DNA from: the human T2T-CHM13v2.0 reference genome, Homo sapiens
NCBI RefSeq assembly: GCF_009914755.1
Contig: NC_060927.1
DNA: 64,000 nucleotides
Reading direction: 5' to 3' (one strand)
Shown here: positions 47,896 through 64,000 of the stretch, in pieces
Position numbering within the stretch: the first letter of the stretch is position 1
Layout: the number at the start of each line of letters is the position of its first letter
The notes under the pieces: model-generated
Told to the model about the DNA's origin: nothing
Seen by the model: the letters and a program-made list of their open reading frames with translations, nothing else
Databases searched by the model: none
Position numbers and translations under genes: made by a program

Positions 47896-48346
47896 CTAGA
47901 AGCAGCTCTGGAAAAAGGAACAAACCAGCTCTGCTCTTTCTTTTTTTTTGAGATGGAGCCTGGCTCTGTGGCCCAGGCTGAAGTGCAGTGGCACAATCTT
48001 GGCTCACTGCAAGCTGCGCCTCCTGGGTTCACGCCATTCTCCTGCCTCAGCCTCCTGAGTAGCTGGGACTACAGGCATCTGCCACCACGCGTGGCTAATT
48101 TTTTTTTTATTTTTAGTCGAGACAGGGTTTCACCATGTTAGCCAGGATGGTCTCGATCTCCTGACCTTGTGATCCGCCTGCCTCGGCCTCCCAAAGTGCT
48201 GGGATTACAGGCGTGATCCACTGCTACCGGCCTGCGCTTTCCCAGAGAGCCCAGGGAGTCAGAAAAGATAAGGATTTCTCAAGGTGGCTTGGAAAATGTG
48301 TGTAGTCTGGGGACAATGAGGTTCCATGTCTTTTAAAATTTTTTAA

Positions 48347-48514
<168 letters not shown>

Positions 48515-49313
48515 TAATTTTTTGTAGAGATAATGTCTTGCCATGTTGCCCAGGCTGGTCTCAAACTCTTGGCCTCAAGCAGTCCTCCTACTTTAGCCTC
48601 CCCAAGTGCTGGGATTACAGATGTGAGCCACTGCGCATGGCCTAGGCTCCAGGTCTTAATAAGAATTTTAAGTAGAATTTAAGCTAGGACTCTTGGGTTC
48701 TAATCTCGGCATCAAAGAAACACAGTTCAGCAATAACAATGTGAATTTTCAACCTGGACAACATAGAGAAACCATTGTCTCTACAAAAAATTAGAAAATT
48801 AGGGCCAGGTGTGGTGGCTCACACCTGTAATCTCAGCACTTCAGGAGGCCAAAGCGGGAGGATCTCTTGAGGTCAGGAGTTCAAGGCCAGCCTGGCCAAC
48901 ACGGTGAAACCCCGTCTCTACTAACAATACAAAAAAATTAGGCACAGTGGCACATACCTGTAGTCCTAGCTACTTGGGAGGCTGAGGCAGGAGAATCTCT
49001 TGGACCCAGGAGGCAGAGGTTGCAGTGAGCCAAGATGTGCACTCTAGCATTACAGCCTGGGTGACAGAAGGAGACTCTGTCTTAAAAAAAAAAAAAAAAA
49101 AAAATTAGCCAGGCTTGGTGGCATCTGCCTGCGGTCCCAGCTATGGGGGAGGCTTAGGTGAAGGATTGCTTGAGCCCAGGAGGTCAAGGCTATAGTGAGC
49201 CATGATCACAATGCTGCACTCTAGCCTGGGGAACAGAACAAGACCCTATCTCAAAAAAAGAAAAAATAAAGGTAAACGTAAATTTTAAGCACTTCATTTT
49301 TTATTCAGTTAAA

Positions 49314-49342
49314 ACACACACACACATACACACACACACACA
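49314..49342. repeat. (CA)n microsatellite, one interruption
   Basis: acacacacacacatacacacacacacac. Confidence 0.85.
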
Positions 49343-49639
49343 CCAAGGAGAGAAGTACATAATTAATGCAAAACAAAAATCTTAAAAATCTAGCTGGTAT
49401 GGTAGCATGTACCTGTAGTCCCAGCTACTCAGGAGGCTGAGTGGGGAGGATCACCTGAGCCCAGGAGTTCAAGGCTGCAGTGAGCTGTGATCCTGCCAAT
49501 CCGCTCCAGCCTGGGTGACAGAGTGAGACCCTGTCTCAAAAAATAAAAAAAAATCTTTAAAATCTCTTCTCTCCACATGGATGACAGCTATTCTCACAAA
49601 TTTCCTCTCTCTCACTCCCTTTACTCCTAACCACCCCAA

Positions 49640-50345
<706 letters not shown>

Positions 50346-50641
50346 TGTGACCTCTTCCATTTCCTCCTTCCTACCATTGCACTCATCTTTGCTGAAAGTT
50401 GTAACTGACTGGCCTAGAATGGCCAGAAAATGTTGGCACCTCACTGTCCCCCATCCATCCTCACTCCTTGTGGAAGGAAGTGAACAAATACTCTGAAATG
50501 TATCACTGTCCTTCACTTTAAGGAGAACTCATGAAAATTTCTGGTAAATAAGACTATCTCAGGATACTACTGGTAATCTATTAGGTAACACTTAAAGAGT
50601 ACTTCACATTTGCTAGGCATTATGTTAGCTGCTTACATTTA

Positions 50642-51043
<402 letters not shown>

Positions 51044-52746
51044 TCACACAGAGGTAACTGGCAGAGTTGGAACTAACCTCAGGACAGTCTAACACCAATG
51101 ACTGGGCTCTTGTTATTATGTCATGGGTAACAAACTCAGAACACAAGGGTTTCACAGATCACCCCCTCTCCACTTTTACAGAGGAAACTGAGATCCTTAG
51201 GTGAATGACCCTGTGTTATCCAGGAAGTCAGGGCAGAAGCAAGATTTGTACCCAGGTGTTGACTCCAAATTTTCAGCTCTACTGTCTCAGAAAGTGAGAA
51301 AACTAAAAGATCAGGGTGACTCCTGTCTCACAATGGAGAAAAAAACTCAAACACAGCCACCAGCGGGGGGACTAAGGACAGGAAAGCAGCCTGGAGCATA
51401 GTGGTATTAAAGGGCAATTACTGGATAATTGCCTCCTACCTCCAACTTCCTCCTACCCCCACCCACCTGCCCCAAGCTGGAGCTTGCATGTGAGGTCTGA
51501 GGAATAACATTACAGATCTATAGAACTATGGAGTGCCCATAGGCAGGGCATTAGGACAGTGAGAAAGAAGTGGAGGGAGAGAGGACTAGCTGGAGGAAGC
51601 AGTTAGGTTCAGTGAGCCTCCCTGTGTTGGGTTTTCTACTAAGCACTGGTTATCTAAAGTTAAATAAGAAAAACTTCCTTGCTTCTGAGGATCAGGATAG
51701 ACTGCATGGAGGAGATGATACCTGAGCAGGTTTCAGAGCCTGAAAAGACATAGAGGAGGGGGCGAAAACCTCTGGACTCACATGCAATTGCCTATTTGCT
51801 AGCTCGATTCAATTTCACAAATACATTCTAAAGGCCTTCTCTGCGTTGGGCCTTGTTCCAGGTGCTGGGACCACAGTGGTGAGCAAATCAGCTGCAGTCC
51901 CTGACCTTTGGCTGGAGAGTCTGTCTAGGAAGACAGCTAAACAATCTTAACACAGTGTGAGATGTGCTTTATGTAAGGAACCTACAAGGCACTGTGGGAC
52001 AAGGGAGTCCAACTGCCCCCAGGCCAAAAGCAAGTCCCAATTTCTGAACATGAAAAAACTCTTCACAATCTAATGCCATTCTCACTTTCCAGTCTCATTT
52101 ACCACCATTTCCCCAAAAGCTGGGAACACAACAAAGTATGTGTGTGTGTCTGTGTATGTGAATCTGAACATGCCAGGCCTTTGCTCACACTGCTTCTGTT
52201 CCCTGGCATATGGATGCTTTCTTGGAGAAACTCTCCTCAACACACTCAGCCTTACTCAAATTCTCTCTTGTGCTCCCAAGGCAATCTGCCTCTCTAGGTT
52301 GTCCATCTGCCTCTCTAGGTTGGTAAAGTCTTTAAAGCAAGGACCCAAATGCAAGGTCAAGAGTACCCATTACGGAGTTATACAGATACAGGTGGGCTTT
52401 GCCTAGCCAAGAGGCTTTGGCCTCTAAGCTGCCCTCTCTATCTAGATGAACTGTTACTACTCCAGGAAATGCAATCAGTACTGATGTTTAGTTCTTGGCA
52501 CATGGTAGGTGCTCAAAAATGTTTTCTGAGTTGAATTGCATTAACATTAAGGTCATAGGTCAGAATTTGTACTTTATGAAGGCCCTGGCTATGAGCTGGA
52601 TCTGGGAAGGGCTCATGATCAACTTTAGCAGTTTTCTGTGGCTAAAAATGAGAAATATAAACCATGTTCTTTGTCTTGAAGACCTGCCTGTTAGTGGGAG
52701 AAACAGATGGTCAAGCTCTCAACAGTACAATTCCAAATTCCTAGAG

Positions 52747-53422
52747 CAGTGGTTCTTAAACTTTAGCAAGCAGATCAGAATCACCTAAAGGTCATCTGCT
52801 AAAACAGATGGCTGGCCCCAGCCCCAGAGTTTCTGATTTAAAGGTCTGGAGTAAGTTCTGAGAATTCGAGCTTGCATTTCCAACTCACTCCCAGGTGATA
52901 CTGAAGTTGCTGGATTGACAAGATTCCCTCCTTGATCAAACATTGGTCAGGCTCTTCTGAGCTCTCTCTTTGACTAGGCCTGAGTGTGGGCTCCCATGTC
53001 ATTCCTTGTGGAATTCCATTTTAGCAAGAAACTTGCCAAGTCAGTTTAGCCAGAATCCTCCATTCTTGATATCTGATTACTCTCCATATCTGGTTTTGAC
53101 CCATACCGCCACCATCCCCCAGGTGATGTTCAGTTACCCTGACCTGCCTTGGGCAGGAATCCTGTTAGGTCAATTTAGCCAGATTCCCCGCCAATGTTTC
53201 CTCTTAGTAATTTTCCATCCACTGACTTCCACACACTGCCCCTTAGCTATAAATTACCACTTTGCTATATTCAGCCCAATCGCTCTGACTTATGGCAAAA
53301 CTCTATCCCTACCTCTGTCAGATTGGGCCTGAATAAAGTTTGCCTTACCATTCTTAAACATGAATAATTAAGTGTCATGAATAGTTTTTTCTTTAATGGG
53401 ATCCATACTTTGAGAACTACTG
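52747..53422. mobile_element. MER5A interrupted by a MER31-like solo LTR (52916-53398)
   Basis: MER5A TIRs cagtggttc / gagaactactg. The LTR starts tgacaagattccctccttgatcaaac and has a 4-bp TSD ggat at 52912-52915 and 53399-53402. Confidence 0.7.
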
Positions 53423-53999
53423 ATTAGAGGTTAAGGGTCCTGTGCTCATTATCTGGCACATATTAATGATAGGTCTCTGAGTTTGAATCCTGGCCAACCA
53501 CATTGTCAGTCTTGGCTTTTTTTTTTTTTTTTTTTTGAGACAGGGTTTTGCCCAGGCTGGAGTGCAGTGATGCAATCACGGCTCACTGCAGCCTCGACTT
53601 CCTGGGCCAAGCCATCCTGCCGCCTTAGCCTCCCGAGTAGCTGGGGTCACAGGTGCAAGCCGCCATGCCCAGCTAATTTTTAATTTTTTTGTAGAGGTGG
53701 GGTCTTACTATATTGCTCAGGCTGGTCTTGGGCTCCTGGGCTCACCTACCTCGGCCTCAGTCTTGCCTCTTGATCAAATCACTCATCTCTCTGTGCTTCA
53801 TTTACCTCATCTGTGAAATCCAGATAGTAAGCTAGTGCATGGTAAGTGCAAAAAGCAACACCTGGCACAATGCTTAATAAATGTTGGTTAAATCTTATAA
53901 TCATTTTCTGTAGGAAGTGGGACGACAAAGTTAAGGGTCTAGGTGGTCAGAGAAGAGCAAGGACTATGTCCCTTTTTTGTGCAGCCAGGCAGGCCCTGT

Positions 54000-54545
<546 letters not shown>

Positions 54546-55672
54546 AGCAGAAGCACCTGTGTGCTTTTTCATACTGTTTAACCCTTGGGATTTAGACGGA
54601 TCTGGCTCGTCTCTAGCCAGCTCAACACTTAACATAAGCTTTTGGGCAACTTATTAAATCTCTGTGGGTCATTTTAATAATAATTCTTCCTTCACAAGTG
54701 TATCGTTAGACCATAGATAGCAAAACGATAGGCGCTCAGTAAAAACCATGTGCTTATTCTCGTGCCCCATGAAAGAGTGATGGTAGGTTCTTTCTCCTTT
54801 GTGGAAGCAGGAAAACTGAACTTGGGCATACTCCACTAACATGAAATGGGGGATGTGCGCGTGCAGGAACTTGTGGAACTTCTGCCCGCAGAATGCCTGG
54901 TCGAGCTCTTTAGGGCCTTAGCATGCCTCGCCTTGATGGGTAGCAAAGGCACGTGTCGGAAGCAGGTGGCCTTTCTGGGAGTGCGCAGGCTACTCTCGAT
55001 GTTTGGCTGGACTGAGCAGTTGAAACACTGCCACCCACCGCCTGGGTTTTGAGGCGAGAATCCAGCTGGCCTTCAGAGATAAGCTGGGCGGCCCATTTTG
55101 GAGAGGTGATCCCTGACTTGAAACCAGGCTTGCCCAGTGTGTCCGTGACTGGTGGGTGAGTCTGGACCGTTGTGCTGAACGAATTAACCAACGGGAAGGT
55201 GCAGAAGTGAAACTCTTACAGATGAAGAGTATTCAGGCACAACTCACAACCATGAGGGAGGCACTGGGGGAGGGATGGGGTCTTAAAGTGAGGAGATTTG
55301 AACAGCTCTATATTTGTCTAATATTGATTCAGATGTCATAAATTCGCATTTGACAAGGGTCCAAAGGTAACAGTTCCTTTTGACACTTGAGAGTGAAATG
55401 TAAATTTAGTGATGGTTTGTGGTGCTAGGAGTGCTTTCTCTCCCCTGGGGCTACTTCTAACCTACTCTGTTAGGGCTGAGGGAGATGTTAGATCATCCTC
55501 TGGAAAGGCCTGTCAGTGCTCCTGTACACTCTTTCTGTTGGGGCCTATTGCTCAATTCTTCCCTGGAACATCGCCTAGCCCTTTCCCAGGTAGATCCTAC
55601 TAGGTTTAGATGAAGCCTCCAGAAGCTGTTTTTCTTTTGCCAAAGTTAACTTAGGAGGCTGATTTAATATGA

Positions 55673-58990
<3,318 letters not shown>

Positions 58991-59672
58991 CAAAGAAGCA
59001 TTTTTAAACTCTTCTCAAGTGAGCTCTTTAGCATTTTGTGTCCCACTCCCCTTCTACTCAGCCACTCCCTGCTGTGGGGTCATCTCTGTGTCACAGTGTC
59101 ACTGTCAGGTGTGGGGTCCCTAAACAGGGGATAGGATAGTAGGAGAAGGAGAAGCCCACAGAGGAGGCAGGAGAAGAACCAGGAAGTAGCGTGTCCTTGA
59201 GGTGGGAGCTGGGAGCAGTAGGGACCCTCGTGAGGTGAGGTGTGCTTCTGTAGGTCTCCCTAGAAAAAACCTGTGTCAGATCCTTCACTAAGCCTGCTTT
59301 AGTTTCCACCACCTGCTTCTGCATTCTTTTTATGGCTCCTTAGGTCTCCAGTAAGTATTTGTGGAACTAATTAATTGTGTTCCAGGGTCAGGTTCTCCTT
59401 ATCCCCACTTCTCTCTACCTTTTCCTCGTCCTATTTCCTTATTCATCTTCCACAGTTGGGTGGCTTCTGGCGCACACTGTCTGTCCTGATTTCCATGTCA
59501 TCTAAAGTCTACTAATAACACCTATCTGCCTTGGGCAGGTTGGATAGAATGAAAGTACTTGCATTGAGATCAACGGGCAAATCTGCCCTTCAAGCCCTCC
59601 CATGAACAGCCCTTGCTTTGCTTACTAAATTGTCTGTGATGACATCACTGAGTGATCTTTGTTCCATTGTAG

Positions 59673-59813
<141 letters not shown>

Positions 59814-60371
59814 TGAACACTTTTTAGGTGTGGCTCAGCTGGCCTACCCACTAGAATAATAATAAATCTATAAGGCTTTTATCTGAAGTCCTCTGCAGAG
59901 GCACTGCAGACATCAAGCCCAGATAATTTTTGTATTTTTAGTAGAGATGGGCTTTCGCCATGTTGGTCAGGCTGGCCTTGAACTCCTGGCTTCAAGCAAT
60001 CCACCCACCTCGGACTCCCAAAGTGTTGGGACTACAGGCGTGAGCGACCGTACCCTGCCTTGTGTTTCTTTATACGTCCTCCTTCATGTAAGCATAGAGA
60101 AGTGGTGGCCCTGGGTCTTGATTGTTTTGCTTTTAGGAGGGTACATAAGGCCTAAGATGACAGTGCCATTCACTCCTATTGATGAAGTAGTAGCCCTGTG
60201 CTTGCTGTTGTAGAGCTGGGAAAGTGGGGTGGGATTCCTTCATGTTCCTTGTTCATATTGACGTTTTAGGAATTTGGGTTTTGTTTTTGTCTTTCATTGA
60301 GGCATAGTGGCCAAACTCATTAGAAGAAGTATTTGGATTTTTTAACCTTTATTTTTGCATTTTTCTGGTAG

Positions 60372-60524
<153 letters not shown>

Positions 60525-60924
60525 TGAAAACTTGCTTGTAGTTTGGGGAAAATGAGGGATTTGCTTTGCTTTTCAGTGCGTGTTTCCAGAATATTGTGTG
60601 TTTTTTACTTAGGAAGAGTCCTTAGTCTGTTTTGGGGGGGATCACAGGGCACTAGCCTTGTACAAAGGTATCCCAAGAACCAGGAATTTATTCCAAGTGA
60701 ATGAGATTCCTCTTAGCTGGGTTGGGTGTGTGCCTGTAGGGCATCTGTGTCCTGGGCAGTGTATGTGGACTAGAGAGAGTGCAGTGGGTGCAGCCTCGCA
60801 AAGGGGACTTGACTCTCAGAACCAGAGTCCCCCTGAGCTTTGGGCTTTCATGAATATGTTCAGAAAATTTTATCAGGGTGCATCAAGACAGATACAGTTT
60901 GTTCACACACATAGCCAAAGCTAT

Positions 60925-61340
60925 CAATATGTTATTTTACACGCAAAAGGGAATGAAGGTTGTTAATCAGCTGGCCTTGCAATAGGGAGAGTAGCCTGAT
61001 TTATCCAGGTGGGCCCAATATAATCACAGGGTCCTTAAAAGTGGAAGAGGGAGGTAGAAGAGGAGCTTATAAGGATGTGATATGAGAAGGACATGATCTG
61101 CAGTACCTGGCTTTGAAGATGGGAGAAGGGGACCATCAGCAAAGGAGTGCCCATGGTCTCTAGGAGCTGGTAAAGGCAAGAAAACACATTTTCCCCTGGA
61201 GCCTCCAGAAGGGAGCACAGTCCTGCCAACCTTAATTTTAGCCCAGTCAATCCTGTGTAGCGCTTCTAAATTATAGAACTATAAGATAATACATTTGTGT
61301 TGTTTCAAGGCACTGAATTTATATTAATTTGTTATAGCGG
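60925..61340 (+). mobile_element. MaLR LTR (MLT1D/E-like)
   Basis: ttatccaggtgggcccaatataatcacagggtccttaaaagtggaagaggg...tttgttatagcggtaatagaaaactaacaca. Confidence 0.8.
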
Positions 61341-61544
61341 TAATAGAAAACTAACACAGAATATGTTGTGTACTATTTTGGATTTGACTTTTTTCTCTCC
61401 AGAGGTGGAAATATGTATATAATTTAAAATGCTTAGGTCTTTTTACAGACCTAAAGTTTGATATTAAAATTGGCTAGGCGTGGTGGCTCATGCCTGTAGT
61501 CCCAGTACTTTGGGAGGCTGAGATGGGTGGATCACCTGAGGTCA

Positions 61545-61781
<237 letters not shown>

Positions 61782-62992
61782 TTAATTTAAAATCTGTCGT
61801 AGTTAGTATGCATTTACCAATTAAATTACCTTTGAAATGTTTTAAAACTGTTATAAATTGGTCTACCAAATGCCGAAATAGAAGGAATCACATTTGTTTT
61901 GTGCAATTTATGAGAGCTGAGAAAAACTTGTACAGAAGGAACCATTGAAAAGAGAGATAGAACAAAGATGTTTTCTGGACATGATGTTCACTCACCACTA
62001 TTAAGCAGATGGAAAAATTCACTGAATTGATACTTTTGACCACCTCTTATGCTCATGTGGTAGGGTGGGAGTGAGGAGAAGGTGGAGATGACTGAGACAA
62101 GAGTTCCCACCCTGAAGAAGCGAATCATTTTATAGGCAGAATGGCACAGAACGGATGTAACTACAGAGCACATGGAGTGAGAGGTTCCAGGCAAATGCTG
62201 TAGACCCAAGACAAGGGAAAATCACATCCAGGGTTGAGGAAAGCTTTAGGAACAATGGGGCAATTGAGACAGGCCCTGAAGGATACTGAGGGTAGGGAGT
62301 GATGAGCTAGTGTTTTTTAATAGTGATCTCCAAGATGTTAATATCTTAGGTGCTTTTTCTGGGGAGCTTCTGTTCTTCTGGGGAGCCTCCTCAGTCCCTT
62401 GCCTGATAATTGGCTGTTGGTGTATTCTGAGGGGGAGAGAAAAAAAGGGGCCAGCACTCATTCAGTGTATAGGCTCCTAATCTTGCATGTTTTCAGCCTC
62501 ACCTTTTCCTCTTTTAGGCTAGCGATTGTGAGTTTAGAACCCTTCTGGTTAATTTCCTTTAGAGAACAAACATTCTCTGTCCTCTCAAGGTGAAGGAGAG
62601 GCCCTGTGGGGTCTGACTGCTTCTAACAGAGACTTCTGTTAGTCTCTGTTTTCAGCCTCCTTCTCACCTCCACTTTCCATGGTTCCTGGGTTGTCTTCTC
62701 CTTGATTACCCCCACTGCAGGTGTGTAAGCTTCCATTCTCTCCCTCTAAATCAGGTATTTTCTTGTGCTTTCAGTTCCCCCCAAATTTGTTTAATCCTTC
62801 CTATGCTATTGTCTCCTTGTTCTTATTCTCACAGCTGATTCTGTTCTTAATTCCTAACTGTCTTTTTGAGGGGGTTTTAGGAGAGGTTATGCCCACAATA
62901 AGCCCTTTACATCTGAACATAATGAAGATCCATAAGCAGAAGAAGCAGTGAGAGCTCTGATTCTTGTTTTTTAACCTTTCTTTTTAAAACAG

Positions 62993-63052
62993 CAAATAAT
63001 AGGCTGGGCACAGTGGCTCCCGCTTGTCATCTCAGCACTTTGGGAGGCCGAG
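62993..63052 (+). CDS. PCCB: Alu-derived in-frame cassette exon of PCCB (20 aa, [20 protein letters not shown])
   Basis: Polypyrimidine tract plus aaaacag|CAA ATA ATA GGC...GCC GAG|gtgggt. It is 60 nt, phase 0-0, stop-free, and agrees with my recollection of the longer PCCB isoform. Confidence 0.8.
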
Positions 63053-63064
63053 GTGGGTAGATCA

Positions 63065-63361
<297 letters not shown>

Positions 63362-63588
63362 TTAGAGTTAATTCTGTGTGATAGGTTTTCCTTCAGAACT
63401 GCAAATCATTTCTTTTTTTTCCTTTCAAATCATTTTTGTAGAGCAAAGACTAGCTCTTTTGCTCTTGACAATTCATGAACTTCCTTTAAGATATTTTATT
63501 CTATGGAATAATCTATAAATCAGACTTCTTTTCTAATTTTTTAAACTTCTGAAAATGCTTTAAAAACTATATGTATGTATTTTTTTAA

Positions 63589-63932
<344 letters not shown>

Positions 63933-64000
63933 TAGGCTGGAATACAGTGGTGCTGTCTCAACTCACTGAAGCCTCTGTCTCCAGGGCTCAAGCAATCCTC

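Noticed and set aside
51354-51372. CCACCAGCGGGGGGA CTCF-like motif
   Set aside because: Spacing and 3' half deviate from consensus; too weak without ChIP data.
52283-52321. ATCTGCCTCTCTAGGTTG repeated twice; similar micro-duplications at ~1085-1132, ~16770-16806 and ~25230-25262
   Set aside because: Ordinary slippage duplications with no sign of function.

Overview
Primate, almost certainly human, genomic DNA. A CpG-island promoter occupies the first ~1.05 kb. From its position next to PCCB it is probably the upstream part of the minus-strand MSL2 promoter, but no MSL2 coding sequence is in the window. About 53 kb of repeat-dense intergenic DNA follows, then the 5' end of PCCB on the + strand: promoter, coding exons 1-3 and a 60-nt Alu-derived cassette exon. 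The intergenic part holds an RPL31 processed pseudogene, a two-LTR HERV-H provirus (minus strand), a near full-length dead L1PA3/4, an ERVL/LTR16 provirus remnant, several DNA transposons and roughly 80-90 Alus (estimate by eye). I found no evidence of a new multi-gene system. The most notable signals are rearrangement and exonisation events: a TSD-flanked retrocopy of an Alu plus its upstream flank 26.5 kb from its source, an Alu-Alu tandem duplication in PCCB intron 1, a sense-Alu exon, templated fold-back insertions in L1 ORF2, and an HERV-H with a Phe-like PBS, discordant LTRs and no TSD. Repeat subfamily names come from remembered consensus sequences and need RepeatMasker/Dfam confirmation.
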